DNA of 64,000 nt from Candidatus Cloacimonadales bacterium (GTDB lineage: Bacteria > Cloacimonadota > Cloacimonadia > Cloacimonadales > DAONDQ01), in contig OY759316.1 in assembly GCA_963662275.1 (NCBI GenBank), forward strand, positions 1,568,001 to 1,632,000, in the 5' to 3' direction. Positions 1 through 7,796 of the stretch are shown one piece after another. The stretch's first letter is position 1. The number at the start of each line of letters is the position of its first letter. Made by a program: the position numbers and the translations under genes. Under the pieces are notes generated by a model that made no database searches, was not told the origin of the DNA, and worked only from the letters and a program-made list of their open reading frames with translations.

Positions 1-23
1 ACCTTACGTATGAATGATTTTAA

Positions 24-374
24 TTAATCCTCATCCAAATCATCATCATCTTCATCTGCATATGAATCTAAAATAATATCATCTTCATCAGGAATGATTA
101 ATTCTTCCTCGAAAATCTCATCTTCATCATCATCATCAAAACGTGCTGCTGGTTTCTCTAATGCCACTTCTTCTTCAAATTGTTCTACGATATAATCCGG
201 AATCAGATTTGTTGCAACATGGTCCATTGCCACTTCAGTGATTTTTTTATCAAAATTCTGCTTCACGATAGATGGCAGGTTATTCAGTCTTTGTACTTCT
301 AAATCAGCTAGGAGGCAGAAGAGAAAATGCATGTTGTTATTTTCTAGAAATTCTTCTACTTTTGGTTTATTCAT
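24..374 (-). CDS. Probable divergent RNA polymerase omega subunit (RpoZ-like) with long acidic tail
   Basis: Start overlaps the gmk stop (ATGA), the usual rpoZ position. PKVEEFLE..HFLFCLLA..VQRL..KKITEVAMDHVATNLI follows the omega helix pattern. D/E-rich C-terminus. Confidence 0.5.
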   Translation of the reverse strand: MNKPKVEEFLENNNMHFLFCLLADLEVQRLNNLPSIVKQNFDKKITEVAMDHVATNLIPDYIVEQFEEEVALEKPAARFDDDDEDEIFEEELIIPDEDDIILDSYADEDDDDLDED

Positions 375-1000
375 TTGACCTCCAGATCAAAAAACGTTTG
401 TTCGATGTTACTATAACGCTTTGTTCTCAGTGTTTCAGCCATTACAATCTGTTTTACTTCTTCAACAGCGATATTAATATCTTCATTAATAACTAAATAA
501 TCATAATGCTCTAAGCAGGCAATCTCTTTTTTTGCAGTTTGCAATCTTTTTTCAATTACTGCAGGAATATCCGTATTCCGAGCGACTAATCTTTGCTCCA
601 AAATCGATAATGATGGAGGGAGAATAAATATCTTTACAATATCAAAAGAAGTTTCACTGATCTGAATCGCACCTTGTACATCAATGTCCATGATCACATG
701 ATGCCCATTGTTAATCGAAGATTGTATAAATGCTTTCGAAGTTCCATACCAGTGACCAAAAACATTTGCATATTCCAGAAAGTCCCCTTGTTTGATCTTT
801 GTCTGAAACTGCTGAACAGTTACAAAGAAATATGCCTGACCATTAATTTCATTACCCCTGGGGGGACGTGTCGTATAAGAAATGGAATAATCTACATTGG
901 GGCTGGATGATAGTACTTCTCGTAAAATAGTAGACTTTCCACCTCCAGAAGGAGCTGAAAGAATGATCAGAAAGGGTTTGCTGCAATATTCTTTTTTCAT
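371..1000 (-). CDS. gmk: Guanylate kinase
   Basis: P-loop SAPSGGGKST, SYTTRPPRGNE, YGTS and DIDVQGA motifs. Confidence 0.97.
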   Translation of the reverse strand: MKKEYCSKPFLIILSAPSGGGKSTILREVLSSSPNVDYSISYTTRPPRGNEINGQAYFFVTVQQFQTKIKQGDFLEYANVFGHWYGTSKAFIQSSINNGHHVIMDIDVQGAIQISETSFDIVKIFILPPSLSILEQRLVARNTDIPAVIEKRLQTAKKEIACLEHYDYLVINEDINIAVEEVKQIVMAETLRTKRYSNIEQTFFDLEVK

Positions 1001-1013
1001 AAATTAACAGAAA

Positions 1014-1038
1014 GAGGTTCTTCTTGGAGAAGAACCTC
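1014..1038. terminator. Hairpin between gcvH and gmk
   Basis: GAGGTTCTTCT-tgg-AGAAGAACCTC perfect stem. Confidence 0.5.
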
Positions 1039-1051
1039 GGTAAAATCTGAT

Positions 1052-1432
1052 TTATGCTTCAACAATGTCTTTATATTCAGTTGCTGATAATAGGTTTTCG
1101 ATTTCTTCAGGGGATGTGAGTTTGACTTTGATAAACCATCCGTCTTCGAAAGCTGATTTATTTACCAGTTCAGGGCTTTCTTCTAATTCACTGTTGATCA
1201 TGATCACTTCGCCACTGACAGGAGCAATGATATCTTCCACTGCTTTTACGGCTTCCACAGAACCAAAAGCTTCACCGGCTGCGATAGTATCGCCGATTTC
1301 AGGGAGTTCAACATAAACTATATCACCTAATTCATGTTGAGCAAAATCTGTGATACCTATATAAGCTGTGTCCTTATCCACTTTCACCCATTCATGTGAT
1401 TCGGTATAGTATAAATCGTCCATTATCTTCAT
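1052..1432 (-). CDS. gcvH: Glycine cleavage system H protein
   Basis: HEWV, GITDFAQHELGDIVYVELP and lipoyl-lysine motif VEAVKAV. Start placed at ATG 1432 behind a GGAGG RBS. Confidence 0.97.
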   Translation of the reverse strand: MKIMDDLYYTESHEWVKVDKDTAYIGITDFAQHELGDIVYVELPEIGDTIAAGEAFGSVEAVKAVEDIIAPVSGEVIMINSELEESPELVNKSAFEDGWFIKVKLTSPEEIENLLSATEYKDIVEA

Positions 1433-1549
1433 TTTGCCTCCTGATTCATGCAATTTTAAACAATGCGAAATTTATCCCCTGATGTGTCAAGCATTTCGTG
1501 AAATTAACATTAACTCCCTCCCTTACAAATGGGATGCATGCAGAACAGT

Positions 1550-1599
1550 CAGCAAGATCAGCGTCTTGCTTTACGACATCTGCAATTTTTAATTTTTAA
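1550..1599. repeat. 50-bp element, near-identical direct copy at 17235-17284; contains a REP-like palindrome
   Basis: CAGCAAGATCAGCGTCTTGCTTTACGACATCTGCAATTTTTAATTTTTAA, 2 mismatches to the second copy. Confidence 0.9.
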
Positions 1600-2206
1600 T
1601 TAATTGAAATCCAACCCCTTCTGCATCATTCATCTGAATATAATCAGTGCATATCTGAATATGTGCTTTGAAAAATGCAGCAAGATCAGTGTCATGAACT
1701 CTTATCAGTCTGTATGCTCGTTGCAGGGATTTCTTCACACACCTTTGCAGCTTCGTCTGGTCAGAGCTGAACACTCTGAGTATCTGTCTTTTAGGAAATG
1801 CATGTTTGAGATAGGCTATTAATTGAGATAATTCATCTTCCAATAGTTCAACTCTGCCATAATCACAGTTTTCCTTCAATACAGCGATCTTATCTCTTAC
1901 TTGCAGTATTGCTTTTCCGACATCAGCTATTGTCTCAAAATCTGCGACAGGCATTTCCTGGTACCAATCACTTTCATGCATTCCATATTTAAGCAATTCG
2001 AATTTATATTGTCCTTGAAATTCAGGCAGTGGTTTTACAAATAGACCTCTTGATATGAGTTTCGAATAGAGGATTTCTTTGTTTGTGTTTTTTAGCAATT
2101 CTGCTAAATAGAACATACCGTTGTGATTGGGAATTGTGTAAGACAAACCTTTGCTTGATGTAATTTGCCATTGATTTCCTGTCAGTTTCCATGTGTATTG
2201 GATCAT
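1589..2206 (-). CDS. Hypothetical protein resembling the C-terminal winged-HTH-like regulatory domain of large ATPase/TPR regulators
   Basis: W.L.G..W.I..GMFYLAELL..NKEI and KLQRCVKKSLQRAYRLIR.HD..LAAF patterns; GGAGG RBS. Confidence 0.55.
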   Translation of the reverse strand: MIQYTWKLTGNQWQITSSKGLSYTIPNHNGMFYLAELLKNTNKEILYSKLISRGLFVKPLPEFQGQYKFELLKYGMHESDWYQEMPVADFETIADVGKAILQVRDKIAVLKENCDYGRVELLEDELSQLIAYLKHAFPKRQILRVFSSDQTKLQRCVKKSLQRAYRLIRVHDTDLAAFFKAHIQICTDYIQMNDAEGVGFQLIKN

Positions 2207-2223
2207 CTTTACCCTCCATTATT

Positions 2224-2243
2224 TACAGTATTACGATACTGTA
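2224..2243. promoter_or_regulatory. Operator-like palindrome upstream of 1589..2206
   Basis: TACAGTAT-tacg-ATACTGTA with perfect 8-bp arms, next to the RBS. Confidence 0.5.
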
Positions 2244-2729
2244 GTTGATGATGCAATTGCATGGCATGCTCCACAAAATGCCATACATCGGGGGGTAAAG
2301 ATAATAAGTACTAGGTATTAGGTTCTAGGTTCTAGGTAACAGGTTCTGAAAAACTTTGGATTATTGTCCATTTATTTTTATAAGCCAATTATCATTAACA
2401 GTCAACCTCGACCTGGTCGGGAATCCAGTATTCTTCTGCAGCATTCGATCGCTTCAGATGAAGAAATGATAGCAGTAGGGGCTTGCGGAAGTACGCCCGT
2501 CTTTTCAGGAGGGTTTGATTCTTCTCTTCTCTTCTCTGCTCTGAACCTGTCACCTGTTCACTGTCCGCTGTAACCTTCTGCAAATAAATATCAGGGCAGT
2601 CTTTCGACCGCCCTGGTTATGATGATTGCTCTATGTGGTACATGATTCCCATCCCTTCTTTTCCGAGCAAGGCTTTACTGGCTTTCATGTTTACTCTATC
2701 CGACAATGGCAACCAATGGTTATTTTCTT

Positions 2730-2800
2730 CGTGGAGTAAGATGCCGATCTTACTATCTTCTGTACCACCTTCTTCGTGGAGTAAGACGCCGATCTTGCTG
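2730..2800 (+). repeat. Two REP-like palindromes (CGTGGAGTAAGAYGCCGATCTTRCT)
   Basis: Copies at 2730-2754 and 2775-2800; same family as 1550, 17235, 24905-25188 and 53764. Confidence 0.75.
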
Positions 2801-2938
2801 GTCTGCATCTCTTCTAAACGCACGGGGTGCGTTATGCCACCTCACGGGGTGAAGCGTTCCGCTCTGGGCTATTCCCTATTTGCTATTCCCTTCTGCTTCT
2901 CTTCGCTGTCCGCTGTACCCTGTATGCTGTCAGCTTCT

Positions 2939-3397
2939 TCACGCTATCAGCGCCGTGAGCGTTTCGTACCCTGCAACTCGTGGCAGATATCCGGCATCGA
3001 CGGCATCTTTCACGGATTTGCAGGCGATGTTCTTGTCGATGATATCTTCCGCTGTGACAACTGCGAGATCGTTTTCTGTTGGGTTGACTTTGTGCCATGC
3101 CCAGAGCATCTTGATGAAGAGTGCCTTGGAACAGGGAGGCAACTGCTTGTCTTTCTGGACCTTTGCCCTGTACTTTCTGCTGTATGTCTTCAGGTCAGCG
3201 ATGTAGGCTGCCTGTGCAGAATTGTACACGGCGGACAAGTTCAGATTGATCGTACGCATGAGCAGCGTGTTGGCTGTGGGAGTTGGGGCTACGAACTTAT
3301 GTGCCAGGCACATTTGTCCGCCGTTGTACATTCCGTACACCAGACCGTCCAACTTTCCCGAGTAGCCTCTGTGTGAGTGTGTGAATTTGGGTTTCAT
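2939..3397 (-). CDS. 152-aa hypothetical protein, paralog of 16640..17098; N-terminus loosely like DUF6266-type proteins
   Basis: RGYSGKLDGLVY N-terminal motif; colinear similarity to the paralog; AGAGG RBS. Confidence 0.8.
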   Translation of the reverse strand: MKPKFTHSHRGYSGKLDGLVYGMYNGGQMCLAHKFVAPTPTANTLLMRTINLNLSAVYNSAQAAYIADLKTYSRKYRAKVQKDKQLPPCSKALFIKMLWAWHKVNPTENDLAVVTAEDIIDKNIACKSVKDAVDAGYLPRVAGYETLTALIA

Positions 3398-3480
3398 TTT
3401 TCTTTACCTCTTTTCATTTATTCCTGGAGGTTTTTGTTTTGCATCAGGTTTGGTTCTTTCTGCTCTGTTCTTTGTCTTCG

Positions 3481-3667
3481 ACCTGGAACCTAGCACCTAG
3501 AACCTAAAACCTTCTGCAAGCCTCTCACATATATATAGCCGGACAAATCTCCAATACGTGGGACAAATACTAAATTATTTTTAAAAATCGTAACATAAAT
3601 TGATAATTTGTTGTATGAGGTGATTGGTAATCATCGATCATATCTGCTCTACGACTTCTTTCTCTGC
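3481..3667 (-). promoter_or_regulatory. Conserved upstream module (heptamers + CATATATATAG + GGACAAA x2), copy 1
   Basis: Homologous to 17542-17650 and 3815-3957. Confidence 0.6.
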
Positions 3668-3814
3668 CAATTTTCAATCTTAACTCTACAATCTTAATTT
3701 ATGCAAGCTCTGTAACTGCTTTTTCTGCTCTCCCAATTCTTAATTTATCATTTCTCGCACTGAGCATCGTCGAAGTGTTAATTTTTAATTGAAAAGCGCT
3801 AGCTTTTCAGTCCC

Positions 3815-3957
3815 CTCATATATATCAGAGGTATGAAAATGCCATTTTAGGGTACGAGGATGAAAATTATTTTATATTTTGTAATATAAATTTGTAATCT
3901 GTTGTGTGAGGTGATTGGAAATCTCCGATCTGTTCTGCCTTTCGCCTGCCTTCTCTG
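3815..3957 (-). repeat. Diverged tandem duplicate of 3525-3667
   Basis: Shares CATATATAT..AAATTATTTTT..TGTTGTRTGAGGTGATTGG..CGATC..TTCTCTG. Confidence 0.7.
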
Positions 3958-4071
3958 TTATATCTACAATCTAAAAAAACTAAGTATATTCGAAATTGTT
4001 ATTGGAGAGTTTCTGATTTTGAAGAATTGGGGAAATTAATTTATAGCACTCGTATAAAGATTCCTTTTTCA

Positions 4072-4908
4072 TTAACTACCCTTTTTATCTTTTTCAGGTT
4101 TCTTTTTACGATTACCAATACCAGTAACAAGAATCGGCTTCCAAGCTTTAACATCATTATAAAGTAACTCTAATTCTTCTTCCGTTAGGTAATGTCCGGT
4201 TTGGTAAAAAATTGTATAAAATAATTCCCATTCTGCACTTCCGTTATATCCTTCGATGTCCTCGTATAAACCTTGAATAGCGGTCTTAATCTCATTTTCG
4301 GTATCAGCAAATTTAATTTCAAATGCAGTATGCAAACTTTTAATTCCAGCATCAGGTTGAAAATTTATAGCTCTATGTGTTATTTTAAAATCAGTAACTA
4401 CATCTGGGAATACTAATTTGAGGATTCTTACAAATGGCGTTTTTATATCATTTTCGTTAGTTGGGTGGATTTCATTATCTGAAAACCACCTAGGTAGTCC
4501 TTTAATGATTCGTATTATTATCTCCTCCTCAAGTGTTGATTTATTACCAAACAATACTTTAAGTTGTTGATAATATCCCCATAAACAATCCAGTGAGTCG
4601 CATTTTTCGAAATCATGTTCGTTATCGTATTCATGATTTGTTAGAACATGTTCATATTTCGAAAAATCACTATTAAGATCGTCTAAAACTCGATGCATTT
4701 TCTGTGCGTCTAATATTATTATTAAACTTTTATAAATTTTCTTGATGTTGTATTCTAATCTATTTGTGTCTTCTTGCTCAGCAAGAGTCCATTCAAATCT
4801 ATCGCTACTATAGCCATAATTATGCAAATCATATAATATATCACGAGCTTGATCAAAATATGTTTGTATTTGGGAATTTAACTCTCTTATATTAAATGTA
4901 TTACTCAT
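4072..4908 (-). CDS. Protein with C-terminal PD-(D/E)XK nuclease domain (REase_DpnII-MboI-like)
   Basis: NENDI..ILKLVFPD..FQPDAGI..AFEIKF..EDIEGY..FY motif order; AT-rich. Confidence 0.65.
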   Translation of the reverse strand: MSNTFNIRELNSQIQTYFDQARDILYDLHNYGYSSDRFEWTLAEQEDTNRLEYNIKKIYKSLIIILDAQKMHRVLDDLNSDFSKYEHVLTNHEYDNEHDFEKCDSLDCLWGYYQQLKVLFGNKSTLEEEIIIRIIKGLPRWFSDNEIHPTNENDIKTPFVRILKLVFPDVVTDFKITHRAINFQPDAGIKSLHTAFEIKFADTENEIKTAIQGLYEDIEGYNGSAEWELFYTIFYQTGHYLTEEELELLYNDVKAWKPILVTGIGNRKKKPEKDKKGS

Positions 4909-5000
4909 ACCCCTTCACCTTCTTCACAATCTGTCCTCTCACATCCAAATCTTCAACGAGATTCTTGCTACATTAAATTTTACCATAATTCCGAATAATC

Positions 5001-7787
5001 TTAGTCTATCTTGATTTCCTCACTCAAAATCATTTCCTCAATCACTTGTTTTAATTCTTTTATTAGATTTTCTTTCTTCTCAGATGCTACATCAACTGAG
5101 ACATTAATATTGATCTTCAAATCTTTATCATTAGCCTTAAGTTTTGATAATAGCTTAATCCCAAAGCGATTCCAGCTATCAAAGGGTATATCACCAGATA
5201 GTCTGATAGTTTGGATTTTAGGCTTTTCAGGACTTGGTGGTGGGTCTTTTACCTTGGACGGATCTGTCCCATTAGTATCTTCTGGTGGAGTTTCTTCATC
5301 TATTGGATCATCTCCTGGAGCGGGAGGATCAAAAATTATTATTTCTTTGCCTTTTAGTGATAGAGCTGTTGTTTTTAACAGAAGAAAAACACCTGAATCA
5401 AAGGTAATTTCTGCCGAATCAACATATTCATTGTACCAAACATGGTCATAATCACCATTTTGTGTAGATTTTGATGCCAAACCAAAATCTCCTCTTTCAA
5501 CGAAGTCAGGCAACTTTGTTCTTAATACTGTATCTGGATCAAGTAGCCGTGTCAAAGAACCATTGAGAAAGCTTTGTCTAAGACCCGACAGAGGCCATGC
5601 TCCAGATTCTCTGAAGGCTGGAGGCCAGCTTCGTTCAAGATAGCCTGCTCCGATTGTTTCGTTTAACAGGGATTGTGATTTCAATGCTGAGATTACTCTA
5701 CCACATATTGATTCATTACCGCTTGAATGACCCGCTCCCAGATCAATGACTTTAAGGTTATTTGATTCTTTATTATCATAGATGATAATATAGCGATAGG
5801 ATGCCCATACTTCATCTTTTATGGCATGATCTGCATCAGACAATTTGGAATTCATTTCTGCATGATCACTACTGCTTAGATCACTTCCGAGAGTAAGGTC
5901 AGAGACTTCTTTTTTTACCTGGTTCCAAGCCAAATAGTCTTCAGCTTTTTCTTTCAACTCTCTTCCAGATTTACGCACACAAAACACTAATGCCCCAGGA
6001 TAAATCCTTGGTGAAGTCCCCCTGTTCCTTGTCCAATCTGAGATGCATTGCTTAATCTGATCATCTTCAGACCATTCATTATCCGGATTCACAACAACTA
6101 ATGTTAATTTAGGAGTGTCCTGTACTGCTGAGCTATCCTGTGGGAAAAAGACCAATGGCAAGATCGAGTATTTTTCAAACTCCTTTTTTACGAATTCTTT
6201 GATTAGAGGTTTTATTTGAGAATCTTCATCCAATGACGCTTTTCGGTCATTGACTACCTTTTTCAAAGTAGGTTGATATCCTATCTTATAGCCATCCGAG
6301 CCAATTCTACGTATAAAATATGATTTAGTTTCCAACGCAAATGCTGCATTATCAATAGAGGTTGTATCTATTCCTGGACAGCCCAAGGCAAAACGAATCT
6401 CTGGCAGATGTGCCATTTTATTGACTTGACCTCCAGATGATTCAAAGAATATCGTGGCTCCTACTTTTCTATGAATATATCTTAAAGAATCTTTCGTATC
6501 AGCATCCAAAGCTCTGGCATGCGAAATTTGACCTGAGATATCAGCATCTAAGGCATATTGGAGTCTGACTTCTCCCAATTGGCTCAATACAACGCTTCTG
6601 AATTCTGGGGCATCGAGAGGGGCACTTCCAAGCGTTATCAACGATTCCTTTAATGCGTATTTTTGGCTATCTTTGTAAGCATAGGATATCCATTGGGCTA
6701 ACATTGATAAAGTTCCTCTTGTTTGCTGAAATTGAACCAAAGCACTCCATTTTCTTTGAAATACAGATATTGTTGCTGGATGAAAAGGGAAACAACTTTC
6801 AAATTTCTGCTGTAACATTTCTTTCGCTTTATTTTCAGAAACAGAACTATCGACTAACATCCATGCCGGAGGTAGTTGCGCTCTTCTTTCATAGCACCAT
6901 TCAGTATATTCTTTACAAATGTTCTTTATTGTACGTTCACTTCCAATATTCTCAAATAATCTCTTACGTATTACTTCACTAATTTCAGCTTCATCATTTA
7001 CTATTAAGTCTTTGGATACTCTCGATACTATCTTTTGGATTTTGTCTTGCCAATCGCTATCCCATTGAGTCATCTCCACTGGGCTGCGCGGTAAACTGAT
7101 CAACACGGCACATTTTATCGGTTCAGTGGCAGCAATGGTTAGATTCTGGATAAACGCATGGAATTGATCAGCCATATCCCGATGACGGTTTAGATAATTT
7201 AAGACTTCATCAAAGAGAATCAATACTGGACAACCTGCAGCCTTAAATACACGGGAAAGCGTTTCTGTACCAGGTGGAACTGTCAGAGCTTGAGTGCCAA
7301 GCTCTTGAACTCCTTTATCACCTGCCAATTGATAGGCAATATCTATCCAAGGTGTTTCTTTCCCCACCTGCGGATCCCATGCATTCCCAACAAATACTGC
7401 AACCTTGGCTTTCGGTATTGTTTTCAGTCCTGTCCATTTGAGAAGATCTGATACTCCTTCATAACTACGTGCCTTTTCACCCGCTGTCACCAAATGATAC
7501 AATGTCGCTAAAGTGTGTGTTTTGCCTCCACCAAACTGTGTTAGTAAAGTCATAACTGGAGCAGTGTTTACAGTCTCTCCAAGCAACCTTCTTAATGTCA
7601 TTGCAGTATGTTCTCTCAAAGCCCTTGTAAAACAAGTACGGGAAAAGAATTGTTCAGGATTCTTGTAATCATCCGGGGCGGTACCAGAAACTATTTGCTC
7701 CAAATGAATAGCAAATTCGTCCGGGTTGAAAGACCGACCTTCTCTAACTTCCTTGCGTGGGGTTACAATTTTATACCAAGGTTCCAT
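5001..7787 (-). CDS. DUF499-family AAA+ ATPase
   Basis: N-terminal PWYKIVTPRKEV..DEFA; Walker A TQFGGGKTH; Walker B LILFDE; FPFHP and FQQTRGTL motifs. Confidence 0.9.
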   Translation of the reverse strand: MEPWYKIVTPRKEVREGRSFNPDEFAIHLEQIVSGTAPDDYKNPEQFFSRTCFTRALREHTAMTLRRLLGETVNTAPVMTLLTQFGGGKTHTLATLYHLVTAGEKARSYEGVSDLLKWTGLKTIPKAKVAVFVGNAWDPQVGKETPWIDIAYQLAGDKGVQELGTQALTVPPGTETLSRVFKAAGCPVLILFDEVLNYLNRHRDMADQFHAFIQNLTIAATEPIKCAVLISLPRSPVEMTQWDSDWQDKIQKIVSRVSKDLIVNDEAEISEVIRKRLFENIGSERTIKNICKEYTEWCYERRAQLPPAWMLVDSSVSENKAKEMLQQKFESCFPFHPATISVFQRKWSALVQFQQTRGTLSMLAQWISYAYKDSQKYALKESLITLGSAPLDAPEFRSVVLSQLGEVRLQYALDADISGQISHARALDADTKDSLRYIHRKVGATIFFESSGGQVNKMAHLPEIRFALGCPGIDTTSIDNAAFALETKSYFIRRIGSDGYKIGYQPTLKKVVNDRKASLDEDSQIKPLIKEFVKKEFEKYSILPLVFFPQDSSAVQDTPKLTLVVVNPDNEWSEDDQIKQCISDWTRNRGTSPRIYPGALVFCVRKSGRELKEKAEDYLAWNQVKKEVSDLTLGSDLSSSDHAEMNSKLSDADHAIKDEVWASYRYIIIYDNKESNNLKVIDLGAGHSSGNESICGRVISALKSQSLLNETIGAGYLERSWPPAFRESGAWPLSGLRQSFLNGSLTRLLDPDTVLRTKLPDFVERGDFGLASKSTQNGDYDHVWYNEYVDSAEITFDSGVFLLLKTTALSLKGKEIIIFDPPAPGDDPIDEETPPEDTNGTDPSKVKDPPPSPEKPKIQTIRLSGDIPFDSWNRFGIKLLSKLKANDKDLKININVSVDVASEKKENLIKELKQVIEEMILSEEIKID

Positions 7788-7796
7788 TTAAAACTC

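Noticed and set aside
2633..3376. 247-aa plus-strand ORF
   Set aside because: Antisense shadow of the 152-aa gene that runs into REP repeats; no recognisable motifs
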